From NCBI GenBank assembly GCA_963729715.1, contig CAVSPA010000003.1, positions 192,001 to 256,000 on the forward strand: a stretch of 64,000 bases of DNA, in the 5' to 3' direction. Made by a program: the position numbers and the translations under genes. Source of the DNA: an uncultured delta proteobacterium (GTDB lineage Bacteria; Desulfobacterota; Syntrophia; Syntrophales; UBA2185). Positions 29,617-40,037 of this stretch are shown one piece after another. Numbering within the stretch: the stretch's first letter is position 1; each line of letters begins with the position of its first letter. The notes under the pieces were generated by a model, which ran no database searches, was not told the origin of the DNA, and saw nothing but the letters and a program-made list of their open reading frames with translations.

Positions 29617-30636
29617 TTATTTATCTCTTTCACCGAAAAGAACGCCCCCGGAATTTCCTGGGCGAGTTTGTATCTCCTCTTCCTTGTCGCGTAGCCTGAT
29701 AATTATTCTGCGGATCAGAATATCTGCCGGCGGTTCGAACAATCGCCGGAATGTGCCTGAGAAGTTTCTGGCAGAACTTTCGGCATAGGAAAAATTAACC
29801 TCCTTGAGATCCAGCGAGCACTTATAAAGATCAAAGTCCTTTTCCTCTTTGAGCACCTGCCAGAAGGTCCTTCCGCCGGAATTCAAGGCGGAAACCGTGA
29901 GACCCGCAAGAAAAGAGATATTCGGCAGGGCGGAAAGGATGACGCCGCCGCTTAATCCCGCAGTATCCTTCATGTCCTGATCGGCTTTCTTAGCTGCTGA
30001 TCTGTCGCGAGCCTCTTCCATGGTAAGTTCAATCTCTATCTGCTTGTTGTCGTCCTTGATATACTTGGGATAATCCGTCGCAATTTCTTGCAGAATGGGC
30101 AAAGCCTTTTGGATCGCTTCTATGAGAGCTCCTATATAATAATGCCGCGGTAAGGCAAATTCGCCCCGGTCGCGCTGCGCTTTGGCAGTCCTGAAGAAGT
30201 TGGACTCGTCTTTCTGTAAACGAATCTTGACATGATACAGCACGCGACTGTGCAAGACGACCGTATCGTCCGCATATATCTCAAAATCAGCCAGCAGCTC
30301 CAGGCCTTTGCAGTGCTTGAAGTTGGTATCCAGATTGCAGAGAGGTACACCGGGTTGGACCGGAAGGTAAAGCTGCGGATACGAGATGCGAAAGAGTCTT
30401 TCCAGCCCTGGTACGTCAAAATCCTCGAGATCGGGATTCTCGGATTTTTCATTTAGCAGATATTCAGCCAACGTACCCCGGCCGTCTAAGAGGAATTTGA
30501 GATGGTGACTCCCCGGGTTTGCAAACCCCGTTTCCTTATAGACTGTAGCCACCGGGGAACGGGCCTTCGCCGCACACCCGGCAATCAGGCACAGCAACAG
30601 GATCAATCCAGGCAGCAACACCATTTTTGTTCGCAC
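29617..30636 (-). CDS. Hypothetical lipoprotein
   Basis: LLCLIAGC lipobox; GTG start after GAAGGGGG. Confidence 0.65.
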   Translation of the reverse strand: MRTKMVLLPGLILLLCLIAGCAAKARSPVATVYKETGFANPGSHHLKFLLDGRGTLAEYLLNEKSENPDLEDFDVPGLERLFRISYPQLYLPVQPGVPLCNLDTNFKHCKGLELLADFEIYADDTVVLHSRVLYHVKIRLQKDESNFFRTAKAQRDRGEFALPRHYYIGALIEAIQKALPILQEIATDYPKYIKDDNKQIEIELTMEEARDRSAAKKADQDMKDTAGLSGGVILSALPNISFLAGLTVSALNSGGRTFWQVLKEEKDFDLYKCSLDLKEVNFSYAESSARNFSGTFRRLFEPPADILIRRIIIRLRDKEEEIQTRPGNSGGVLFGERDK

Positions 30637-30705
30637 GCCTAAACCCCCTTCATATATCCATATTGAGTCCGCTTGAGACGTTCGCAACCCTGTATAGATA
30701 TTATT

Positions 30706-31512
30706 TCACGGTTCTGCCGCAATAAGTTCAAAAACAAAATACCCTACCCTTACCTTGCTCTGGATTTTTACGGGGATCCTTTTATCATCGGCAGTAAACC
30801 AGATTACGAGCTCGGGCACATCGCCGTTCTTTACCACATGTTGCGCTTCGAGCTTTTCCATGTCGGGTATGACCACAAAGGTGTCATACATCTTTTCATC
30901 AATCTTGATCGTTTCCCGCCTGGCTACGCTTGCCTTCACCATTATAATGTTATCGCCTTCGGAGATAGGTATTTCGATCAGGCTGTTCTCCTTTATGTCT
31001 TTAAGGCGGATGAGGTAATAGAGGGATACTGTGTCGAATGTCCCCGGCACGATATGAACGGGCGCCATCTTTTCGCCGAAATTAGAACGTGTGGCTTCAA
31101 GTTTGTCCCAGTAAAAATTTACGATGACGTCACGCGGGTGCTCCCCTTCACTCACCTTCTTATACAGGAGGCTATGGGTCATGCCGATGTCGCAATAGGA
31201 ATCCTGCCTTTCACGAACTTTATATATATGATCGATAGTGGGACTCGTTTTCATGATCATGGCAAAGTGGTATGCCTTGGCACCATCGATAGTTTCTATG
31301 GGGAGTACTTCCAGTGTAAGCTCTCCAGCCTGTATGAAGCCCCACTTAGCGCGGTAAGTCAATTTCTCGCCGGGATGAAAAGGGAAGGGCTTGGTGGAAG
31401 CTACGGTGCTACCGGTAGTAGGGGTAGATAGCGAAAGTATTACCAGGACTAAAGCAAAAACAAGATACCTTACATGATTTCTGTAGATTCTGCTTCCTTT
31501 AGAAACAGTCAT
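30706..31512 (-). CDS. DUF3108 family exported protein
   Basis: Signal peptide; PF.PGEKLTY...WG.I.AG and IWFT.D..RIPVKI.SKV.VG. Confidence 0.82.
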   Translation of the reverse strand: MTVSKGSRIYRNHVRYLVFALVLVILSLSTPTTGSTVASTKPFPFHPGEKLTYRAKWGFIQAGELTLEVLPIETIDGAKAYHFAMIMKTSPTIDHIYKVRERQDSYCDIGMTHSLLYKKVSEGEHPRDVIVNFYWDKLEATRSNFGEKMAPVHIVPGTFDTVSLYYLIRLKDIKENSLIEIPISEGDNIIMVKASVARRETIKIDEKMYDTFVVIPDMEKLEAQHVVKNGDVPELVIWFTADDKRIPVKIQSKVRVGYFVFELIAAEP

Positions 31513-31600
31513 ATTCTCTTTGATATTTATTAAGGCTCGACGTCTAAAATCGTAGCGTAATGTACCTTGCTACTTTTTTCAAGCGCCGTTCCAGCAACGT

Positions 31601-32245
31601 TTAATCAGCCTTTGGCAGCTTTGAAATAAGATCGTGTGCGGCCTTTTCTATAATAACTCTCTGTGTTACCGGCTTTTCCGTTACTCTATCAATAGCGTAG
31701 TGTATTTCCTGGACGCCCTCCCAGGCTATGGTCCCATCCGATGTGTTCCAAATTTGAAAGAACAGCCTCACGTCCGCAAACTTTGTATCAATCAGACGGA
31801 GACCCAGGACGCCGAACCGGTTATCCGATCCTTGAGAAAAGGCCATCAGTTTAAGCTGCGCCACATACCTTGTTTTTGTCGCCTCGCCTACTTTCTTGAG
31901 AATGTCACGATTGAAAATCCCGGTGTCACGGTAATCGACATACATGCGCTTATAATCTTCTGAGAGTCCTGCCCGGTTTATGGCATTGAGTGTTTCTGCA
32001 AGAGAAAGACAGATTATTGCAGGGCGTTCTTTTCTTAGAACTTCCGTAAAGGTGAGGGCAACCTCCTGCTTTTCCTCTTCCTGGCCGGTCACAGTGGATG
32101 GCGTAATAAATGCCATCCCGTACTTAGGAAGGTCTTCAGCTTTTAGTGAAATTGAGCGGTTCTGGGATGTATCATGGACCTGAGGCACAACACAGGCACA
32201 GAGCAAGACCATGACCATTGCTAACAGCAACCATCTATAGTTCAT
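31601..32245 (-). CDS. Hypothetical lipoprotein
   Basis: MNYRWLLLAMVMVLLCAC signal with lipobox; QIWN..DG.IAWEG. Confidence 0.7.
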   Translation of the reverse strand: MNYRWLLLAMVMVLLCACVVPQVHDTSQNRSISLKAEDLPKYGMAFITPSTVTGQEEEKQEVALTFTEVLRKERPAIICLSLAETLNAINRAGLSEDYKRMYVDYRDTGIFNRDILKKVGEATKTRYVAQLKLMAFSQGSDNRFGVLGLRLIDTKFADVRLFFQIWNTSDGTIAWEGVQEIHYAIDRVTEKPVTQRVIIEKAAHDLISKLPKAD

Positions 32246-32601
32246 AACGTACCCCCTAAAGCCACAACAAACATGCGGAACTTTCGCATATGGGAATTTG
32301 CAGTAATTCACAAAGGAAACACTTTTTTTTAATATAGCATTTTAACATATGGTTCCGCAATTATTATTTCTTAAATCGCAACCGGCCTGCCGCTCTTAGA
32401 ACAGCCATTTCATGGATCTTCCGCTATTAAACATCTTCTTACATCATCACTCGAAAGAAAATCAGGTTTTCGGACAGTCAATATAGGGGAACGGTGTATA
32501 GAAAAACGGCTTATATGCGATATACTGAGATTGGTAAACTTTGATAAGAATCCAGTATACGGGGAATCCTTCCTGCGGCGGCGTTTGTAAGAGAGATAAG
32601 A

Positions 32602-33774
32602 ATGAAAAAAGCGGCGACCATGTTCTTCTTGATCTTGCTTGTGGCATCGACTTTCGGATCGGTGTGTGCAGGGGATACAATAACGGGTTCAGAGTTGAGC
32701 GCTGATACTCAGGCTGCCGGCCGCGCTGGCTTCTGGATGAGTCAGAAGATCGACGCTCAATTTATAGGGATGAGCATAGGTGATGTTGACAATGACGGTA
32801 AAAATGAAATCGTGATTATCGATATGAGCAATATCATGATCTACCGGAAAGAAGGCAATTCTCTTAAGCTCCTTCAAAAAATTCCAGGCGAATCCCACGA
32901 CCAGTACCTTTCCGTGGATGTAGCGGATATCAAGGGTGACGGCGTCAAACAGATCATAGTCACCAGCCTGTTCCGGAATTTCCCGGACTCCTTTATACTC
33001 GAATACAAAGATGGGAAATATGTGAAGATCGCTTCGCATCTGAGATGGTTCTTGAGGGTCATAGAGATGGATGGCAAATCCTTGCTGTTGGGGCAGGAGA
33101 TGGGGATCGATAATCCTTTCGATAATCCCATTTACGAAATTGTTTGTAAGGATGGAAGCTGCCGGCAGGGCCGGCGCATGAAGATTCCCCAGGGGCTTTC
33201 CGTCTATGGCCTTGCCATCGCGCCCCTGGAAAAAAGCGGTCCCAATCGGATCATTGCCCTCGATAGCTACGACTATCTTCGCGTCTATGAAGAGACGGAT
33301 AAGTCGATTGACAGGATCGACGTCCTGGGTGAAAGCAGGGCGACGGTCTGGAAGAGCGGCGAAGTTTTTGGCGGTAGCAATAATTACTTCGACCGCACAA
33401 TGTCGCAGTTGTCCCCTGCAAATCCCGAAGACAAGAACAAAATGCCGTACGTGAGTCTCAGAATTATTAACTGCGGCATCGGCAAAGAGGGAAGCGCGGA
33501 ACTGATCGTAGCGAGGAACTTTTCTCAGGAGAGGCGGTGGTTTGAGAATCTCAGAATCTTCACTTCCGGCGAGGTCTATAACCTGGAGTGGGACGGTCTC
33601 GGCTTTACGGAAAAGTGGAGGACGAAGAAGCTCCATGGTTATGTGGCGGATTATCAGATTAACGCGATTGACAACGATGGAAAGCCAGCAGTAGTCATAG
33701 CCCTTGTGACGTCTGGCAACTTAGCGTGGAAACCGATGAGCGTCGTTGCTGTCTTCACCATCGGTGACAAGTAG
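32602..33774 (+). CDS. FG-GAP/VCBS repeat exported protein
   Basis: Signal peptide; GDVDNDGKNEI, ADIKGDGVKQI and IDNDGKP repeats. Confidence 0.82.
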   Translation: MKKAATMFFLILLVASTFGSVCAGDTITGSELSADTQAAGRAGFWMSQKIDAQFIGMSIGDVDNDGKNEIVIIDMSNIMIYRKEGNSLKLLQKIPGESHDQYLSVDVADIKGDGVKQIIVTSLFRNFPDSFILEYKDGKYVKIASHLRWFLRVIEMDGKSLLLGQEMGIDNPFDNPIYEIVCKDGSCRQGRRMKIPQGLSVYGLAIAPLEKSGPNRIIALDSYDYLRVYEETDKSIDRIDVLGESRATVWKSGEVFGGSNNYFDRTMSQLSPANPEDKNKMPYVSLRIINCGIGKEGSAELIVARNFSQERRWFENLRIFTSGEVYNLEWDGLGFTEKWRTKKLHGYVADYQINAIDNDGKPAVVIALVTSGNLAWKPMSVVAVFTIGDK

Positions 33775-34007
33775 AAGTGTTGTCGGTAATTAGGTCATTT
33801 CCTGCAGGTGGGTATTTCGTTTGGCTTGAGCGACGCGTCCCTGTTAAACAATATGGACTCATGAGCGTCCCCCGCCCGTATTGGCGCAGGTTCTGAGGAG
33901 ATAATTGATGCTAGTGTGAATACCGCTTTTCCGTGGATTCTCACACGAAGAATTATCTGAAAGCATGTTCTAAAGCTCATTGAAGAAGAAAAGGCGCCAT
34001 CTCACCA

Positions 34008-34958
34008 ATGCGCGAGATCATCCAAAATCTGATTCGCCATGGTTACATCCTTCTCTTCCTCTGGATGTTTTCGGAAAGGCTCGGCATCCCCATCCCCGCA
34101 ACCCTCCCCCTGATTGCTGCTGGCATCCTTGCCGAGATGGAGTACATGCAGTTTGCCTATGCTTTGACTATAGCTTTTGCTGCCGTCATGCTTGCTGATT
34201 TCGCGTGGTTTTTTCTCAGCCGGATTCGCGGGCTCAAAGTGCTGTCTTTCCTCTGCCGCATCAGCCTTGAACCGGATGCCTGCGTGAGGAAAACACAGAA
34301 TTTGTTCGCAAAGCACGGGCCTGCCTCTCTTTTGTTTACGAAGTTCATTCCGGGACTCAGTAATCTGGCGGTTCCCCTTGTCGGCATTGTGAGATTAGAG
34401 CTCCGAACATTCATCCTCTATAACAGCATCGGATCGCTGCTCTGGGTGGGATTCTTCATGGGCGTAGGTTATCTTTTCAGCCGGGAGATACAGCTTGAAA
34501 GGATTGTTCTCCCCGGCTGGGGACAAGGAAGTGTTCTCATAGCCGTCCTTCTGCTCGTTGCCCTTTGTATTGCGTGGAAATATTTACGCAGGAGGCATCT
34601 TCTTAGGGAACTGTCTTCCAACCGCATGACACCTGAAGAACTTAAAGGGAAGATCGATGCCGGTGATGAGGTCGCCATTTTAGATGTAAGGCATCCCCTG
34701 GAGTTTGAGGCCGATCCGTATGTAATACCCGGCGCCCTTTACTTTACCCTCGAGAATCTGGAGCGGTTTTCTACGGTTCCTGTGGAAAGGGAAGTCGTGA
34801 CTTACTGCTCCTGACCGAACGACGTGTCGGGTGCTCGGGCGGCATTAATACTGAGGCAGAAGGGATATATGCGTGTGCGACCGTTGGACGGTGGATTCAG
34901 CGGTTGGCGGGAACAAAATTATCCTGTCAAAGCTTACCATGAAAGCGGAAGCTCGTGA
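34008..34958 (+). CDS. DedA/VTT-rhodanese fusion, probable selenoprotein (Sec at TGA 34812-34814)
   Basis: The rhodanese domain continues in frame after TGA: YCS-U-PNDVSGARAALILRQKGYMRVRPLDGGFSGW; final stop at 34956-34958. Confidence 0.82.
34815..34844 (+). promoter_or_regulatory. Candidate bacterial SECIS hairpin
   Basis: TGTCG-GGTGCTCGGG-CGGCA stem-loop whose G-initiated loop starts about 15 nt after the UGA; folded by eye. Confidence 0.45.
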
Positions 34959-35125
34959 CAACCGGCAACAACAAATGGAGGAATAATCAGCGGTGTTGCC
35001 TGCGTACGGATTCTTTCAAAAAAATGGCGGCTGAAGAAAAATCTGCGGCCGCCGGTATTGCGAATTACCCGCAATGTTCAGTTTTAGGAAAGAAGACTCT
35101 TACGAATCTCCCGCCTGTAACGAAG

Positions 35126-35704
35126 TCACTGCCTGCACTCCCCGACAGATCCTTCCTTACACGTCGTGCCGTCAATCCAGGAAGCATTATCCATTCTGGC
35201 GCCAGTCAGTCTTGTATTAGTAAGATTTGCACCCCTTAGAGACGCACCGTTCATCCTTGCACCGGTCAAGTTTGCGTTCGTCAGATTTGCGTCGGTCAAT
35301 CTTGCGTCAATCAGCTTTGCATTGGTAAGGTTTGCATCAGTCAAATCTGCAGAGGTGAGGCTTGCCTTTATCAGGCTCGCACCGCTCAAGTTGGCATTGT
35401 TCAGGTTCGCGCCGCTCAAGTTTGCATTTGAAAGTTTTGCGCCCGCTAATTCCACATTCCTCAGGTTTGCACCGGAAAGATTTGTTGTAGAGAGATTTGC
35501 ACCGGTCATGTTTGCACCCTGCAAATTCGCTCCATTGAGATCCTGGCCGCTCAGGTCCGCGCTGATTAAATCGCAATTCTGGCATTTTTTCAAATTGCTG
35601 ACTTGTAACAAACTGCCCGGTCTGAATGCAAATGCACCTGCGGTTGCGAGAATAAATGCGATAAGGCTGACGCCAAGAATGATAAGAGTCTTTTTCCCAG
35701 TCAT
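35126..35704 (-). CDS. Exported pentapeptide repeat protein
   Basis: Signal peptide, CQNC, tandem A(N/D)LxG/N repeats, Cys-containing C-terminal cap. Confidence 0.92.
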   Translation of the reverse strand: MTGKKTLIILGVSLIAFILATAGAFAFRPGSLLQVSNLKKCQNCDLISADLSGQDLNGANLQGANMTGANLSTTNLSGANLRNVELAGAKLSNANLSGANLNNANLSGASLIKASLTSADLTDANLTNAKLIDARLTDANLTNANLTGARMNGASLRGANLTNTRLTGARMDNASWIDGTTCKEGSVGECRQ

Positions 35705-36136
35705 GGAGATATCTCCTTTTTATCTTTTTATAGTATCGAAAGCTCTTGCTGAAAATGTGACGGATTTATATCCGGAAAAGCAATTACGTGCAATGGCATA
35801 TCCGGTTCCTTAATTTGCGGCACCCCGGCCATGACCAAAGAACATAAAACAGGGTCAACGGGGCTTTCGCGCCTGTCCAGCCGGCCATATAGAATCGCTG
35901 CCCTTCCACCGAAGAGACTAAAGAATCAATTGACTTGTCGGTTCATATATTACATATATGACAAAAACTGTCAACTTGATACTTCGGTACTCGGAGTCAG
36001 CAGCCGCAAAAGCGAGGATCCCAATCCGGACGCGCGAATATTGCCAAGGTGAATATTTCTTTCCGTAGATTGTCACGCCCCGGATGGGTGCAATGGAAAA
36101 GCGTAACCCATTAAAAAACAGGCGTCGGTCAAAAAA

Positions 36137-37000
36137 ATGAAGAAGAAAAGCTTTCATAATAATGGCGGGCCCGCAAAAATACGCGAGGGCGAGCAGCTTT
36201 TCCGGACATTGACGGAGAGGTCCCTGGTAGGCATCTACGTAGTGCAGGATGGTCAGTTCCAGTCGATAAACCCCAACGCCGCTTCATATTACGGGTGCGC
36301 ACCGGAAGAGCTGATGGGGAAAAAATCTAACTCCATTGTCCATCCAGAGGATAAGGAGCGGCACAAGCAGTGCGCAATAGATATGCTCAAAGGGAAACGC
36401 TCTTCTCCTCATGAATTCAGGATCATCAGCCGGAGCGGTGATATTCACTGGATCATGGAGACAGTAACACCTATCATTTATAAGGGCAGACCGGCCATTC
36501 TCGGGAACTCCATGGATATTACAGAACGCAAGCGGGCGGAGGAGGCGCTGGAAAAGAGGGAGATGGAGCTCGAGGTCAAGACGCATGAACTTGAAGACAT
36601 GAACTCGGCACTAAGGGTCTTGATGAAACAGAGAGACGAGGATAGAAACGAACTGGAACAAAAAGTCTTAACGAACATCAAAGTACTCATCCTGCCGCAC
36701 ATGGAAAAATTAAAAAATCATGTGGACCTGCAGGGGACTTCTTATGTGAATGTCCTTGCCTCCAATCTAAGGGATATCATGTCACCCTTCGCCCAGAAAT
36801 TGTCAGTTACTTACTTGAATCTTACCAAAAGAGAAGTGCAGGTTGCCAATTTAATGAAAGAGGGAAAAACATCTGAAGAAATATCGGCATTCTTAAATAT
36901 TTCTGTCAGTGCCGTCAATGTGTACCGCTACCATATCAGACATAAACTGGGCCTGTCGAAAAAACAAAATCTGCGTTCCTATCTTTCGTCCCTAACTTAA
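36137..37000 (+). CDS. PAS domain / LuxR-type HTH transcriptional regulator
   Basis: IVHPED..DITERK PAS-PAC, a coiled coil, then LTKREVQVA.L..EGKTS.EI..L. Confidence 0.9.
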   Translation: MKKKSFHNNGGPAKIREGEQLFRTLTERSLVGIYVVQDGQFQSINPNAASYYGCAPEELMGKKSNSIVHPEDKERHKQCAIDMLKGKRSSPHEFRIISRSGDIHWIMETVTPIIYKGRPAILGNSMDITERKRAEEALEKREMELEVKTHELEDMNSALRVLMKQRDEDRNELEQKVLTNIKVLILPHMEKLKNHVDLQGTSYVNVLASNLRDIMSPFAQKLSVTYLNLTKREVQVANLMKEGKTSEEISAFLNISVSAVNVYRYHIRHKLGLSKKQNLRSYLSSLT

Positions 37001-37065
37001 TAAATTAATACTAAGCGGAAAGGAATATATCTTGCGAATGACGAGTTTCATGCGGGGTGACTTTG

Positions 37066-37986
37066 ATGATTAGATCACTTGACGATGTTTCCAGGATTGC
37101 CGGGGAAACAGGGCCGAAAAAGCTTGCCGTTCTCGCCCCTGAAGACGAGGAATTCATGCTGGCTGTGAAAAGAAGTTGGGAAGCCGGGTACATCGAGCCG
37201 GTCCTCATCGGTAATTCGGAGAAGATGGATGAACTCGGGGCAAAGGTCGGGTTCGACATCAGCAGGTTCGAAAGGATTATTGAAAACGACAGGCAAAGGA
37301 TATCTGATCTCGGCATCGGCATGCTTTTTTCAGGGAAACTGTCTATTGTGAGCAAAGGTCAGATTCCGACCGCCTATGTCTATCGCTCGATCATCAGGGC
37401 GGAAGGGAAGGCGGCCTCCGGCATGACGGTGAGCGTCGTGTCCTTCTGGGAGATTCCGGGAGTGAGCCATTTGACTGCCTTCACAGACACCGGTGTCAGC
37501 ATAATGCCCGATTACAGGACGAAGGCGGATATTTTAAGGAACGCCGTCTTTCTTTATCATTTGCTCGGGTATAAGAAACCAAGGATCATTGTTATTTCCG
37601 GCCAGAGGAAATTCGGCGGGACCCTCGATTCTTACCGGGACTACAAATTGCTCAGGCAGGCCGCGAATGCGGGAGAGTTCGGGGAATGTGAGATTGTCGA
37701 TGCAACCTCCTTCACGGAGATATTCCTGGGACCGAGGGGACGCCTGAAAGATTACCGGGATATCGATTTAGCGAAGATTCCGCATATCATCCTCGTCCCC
37801 CGCCTCGACACGGGCAATATAATGTGCAAGCTCGATTTCTTTCTCGACGTGACTCGCTGCTCCATAGCAGTGACCTCGAGAGGAGCGGTATGTATTCCCT
37901 CGCGCGCGGACTTCAGCGATTCCATTATTACCGAGCTTGCCATGGGTGTTGTGGTGGCAGACAGATTGGAAAAGGAGGTGAGGTGA
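37066..37986 (+). CDS. Phosphate acyltransferase (PTB-like), paralog A
   Basis: KKLAV..EDE, KG..T, FTD.G, GNIMCK and SRAD; divergent central region. Confidence 0.8.
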   Translation: MIRSLDDVSRIAGETGPKKLAVLAPEDEEFMLAVKRSWEAGYIEPVLIGNSEKMDELGAKVGFDISRFERIIENDRQRISDLGIGMLFSGKLSIVSKGQIPTAYVYRSIIRAEGKAASGMTVSVVSFWEIPGVSHLTAFTDTGVSIMPDYRTKADILRNAVFLYHLLGYKKPRIIVISGQRKFGGTLDSYRDYKLLRQAANAGEFGECEIVDATSFTEIFLGPRGRLKDYRDIDLAKIPHIILVPRLDTGNIMCKLDFFLDVTRCSIAVTSRGAVCIPSRADFSDSIITELAMGVVVADRLEKEVR

Positions 37987-37987
37987 A

Positions 37988-38881
37988 ATGGCCGGCGCAT
38001 TCGCGGAAATTATGGAAGCGGCGAAGAAAAAGGCTGTGAAGAGAAGGATGGCCATCTCATCGGTGAAGAAGCCGGATATGGAAATCGTCTTTCGGGCGGC
38101 GAAAGAAGGGCTTATCGTTCCCGTGCTGGTAGGCGACGGCAAAGTTGTGGAAGCCCTGGTAAAAAAGAGCGCCCTTCAATCTCTCGAACATGAAATCGTG
38201 GATGTGAAAGATTCCGGCGGGTCTCTTCGAGCGGCGGTAGCGCTCATCCGTGAAGGGCGTGCGGATATGCTCATGCAGGGAGCCGCCGATCAGAAGATAT
38301 TCATGAAAACTGTTCTCGATGCAAAGACAGGCATTTTGAAGGACAAGCTGGCAAGCTATATATCGGTCTTCCGGTTGCCAAAAAGTGACAAACTGATTCT
38401 TGTGACGGATACGTTGGTGAATAACTATCCGGGCGTAACTGAAAAGCAGTTGATCCTTGCACAAGCAATAAGGCTGGCGGGCCTGCTCGGGATCGCGGCG
38501 CCGAAGGCGGCGGTCCTTGCTGCCATCGAGCAGGTGAATCCGAGCATCCCTTCGACGCTGGATGCCGCCATCCTCTCCAAGATGGCGGAGCGGGGACAGT
38601 TCGGAAACGCCGTAGTTGACGGTCCCCTTGATATCGATTGTGCGCTAAGCCACGTTGCAGCGGAAAGAAAAGGGGTCAAGAGCGCCGTGACCGGAAGTGT
38701 AGACATCTACCTCGTGCCGGAGATAGAAAGCGGTTATCTTCTTGCCCAGTCCCTCGTATTCTTCGGGCGGATGGAAATGGCCGGTGTCCTCATGGGGGCG
38801 ACAAAGCCCGTTATCCTGAGCCTTCCCTTCGTGTCGAGAGAAAACCGGATTGTGGAAATCGCCCTCGCATCCTTGCTCTGA
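37988..38881 (+). CDS. Phosphate acyltransferase (PTB-like), paralog B
   Basis: AAIEQVNPSIPSTLDAA.LSKM..RGQ and DGPLDIDCALS; lacks TSRAD. Confidence 0.85.
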   Translation: MAGAFAEIMEAAKKKAVKRRMAISSVKKPDMEIVFRAAKEGLIVPVLVGDGKVVEALVKKSALQSLEHEIVDVKDSGGSLRAAVALIREGRADMLMQGAADQKIFMKTVLDAKTGILKDKLASYISVFRLPKSDKLILVTDTLVNNYPGVTEKQLILAQAIRLAGLLGIAAPKAAVLAAIEQVNPSIPSTLDAAILSKMAERGQFGNAVVDGPLDIDCALSHVAAERKGVKSAVTGSVDIYLVPEIESGYLLAQSLVFFGRMEMAGVLMGATKPVILSLPFVSRENRIVEIALASLL

Positions 38882-38889
38882 GGAAATAA

Positions 38890-39984
38890 ATGATGAAGAA
38901 AGAACATCACCTCCTTGTCATCAACGTAGGCTCGACATCGACTAAGGTGGGCTGGTTTTCGAGTAGAGACGATGCCGTGCTCGAAACGATTCGATACAGC
39001 AGCGAAGCGCTGTCTTCGTATAAATCGATCGGTGAACAGCTTCCACACCGTAAGGATGACGTTCTCAAATTTCTCGCAAGGAAGGGGATCAGCTTAAAAG
39101 AGATCGATATGGTCGTCAGTCGCGGCGGGCTGGGGAAACCGGCGCCCGCGGGCGCTTACACGATAGATGACGACATGTGCAGGGATCTCCTCGAAGGGAA
39201 ATACGGAATGCATCCTTCGGCCCTCGGGCCGGCCATGGCCCTCGATATTGCGAGAAAATACGGCATGCCGGCCATAGTCATCGACCCGCCGAGCACGGAT
39301 GAATTCCAGCCTCTGGCGAGAATATCCGGCCTTCCCGAAATTGAGAGGAAGAGCGCCTTCCACGCGTTGAACCAGAAGATGGCTGCAAGGCGGCTTGCTC
39401 GGGAGATGGGGAAAAAGTATGAGGAGATGAACCTCGTCGTGGCCCACTTGGGCGGGGGCGTCACCATCGGCGCCCATCAAAAAGGCCGGGTCATTGACTG
39501 CACCCATGGACTCGGGGAAGGGCCTCTCACGCCAGAGAGGGCCGGCGCACTTCCCACAATAGATCTGCTTAATCTCGCATTCTCGGGAAAGCTCGACAAA
39601 AAGGAGATGCAGGCCCGGCTTGTGGGGCAGGGAGGCCTCGCGGCGTATCTTTCCACAACGGATGGGCAGAAGATCCGCAACATGATCAATGCGGGAGACG
39701 AAAGGGCGAAACTCATTTATGAAGCCATGGCTTATCAGATTGCGAAAGACATCGGCGCCATGTGCGTTGTCTTGCAAGGCGCAGTCAACGGCATCATACT
39801 GACAGGCGGACTCGCCCATTCAGAGATGCTCACTGAATGGATCAGGGAGAGGGTCGCTTTCCTCGCACCTGTCTTCGTCTATCCCGGTGAAGACGAGATG
39901 TCGGCCCTGGCCGAAGGCGGCCTGCGGGTTCTCTCGAAGGAAGAAGACGTAAAAAGCTACCTGCAAAAACAGGCGATAAGATAA
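38890..39984 (+). CDS. buk: Butyrate kinase
   Basis: INVGSTSTK, RGG, FHALNQK, AHLGGG, EGPLTPERAG, YPGEDEM.ALAEG. Confidence 0.93.
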   Translation: MMKKEHHLLVINVGSTSTKVGWFSSRDDAVLETIRYSSEALSSYKSIGEQLPHRKDDVLKFLARKGISLKEIDMVVSRGGLGKPAPAGAYTIDDDMCRDLLEGKYGMHPSALGPAMALDIARKYGMPAIVIDPPSTDEFQPLARISGLPEIERKSAFHALNQKMAARRLAREMGKKYEEMNLVVAHLGGGVTIGAHQKGRVIDCTHGLGEGPLTPERAGALPTIDLLNLAFSGKLDKKEMQARLVGQGGLAAYLSTTDGQKIRNMINAGDERAKLIYEAMAYQIAKDIGAMCVVLQGAVNGIILTGGLAHSEMLTEWIRERVAFLAPVFVYPGEDEMSALAEGGLRVLSKEEDVKSYLQKQAIR

Positions 39985-40037
39985 AAGCGAATGCCCGATT
40001 CTACCGGGCAGGAACTTTCTATACGGTAGAGATATTA

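Noticed and set aside
35779..35795. Sigma54-like site upstream of the pentapeptide gene
   Set aside because: It lacks the GG dinucleotide and the spacing is one base short.
35166..35813. Repetitive plus-strand ORF (RFAP repeats)
   Set aside because: Antisense mirror of the pentapeptide repeat gene.
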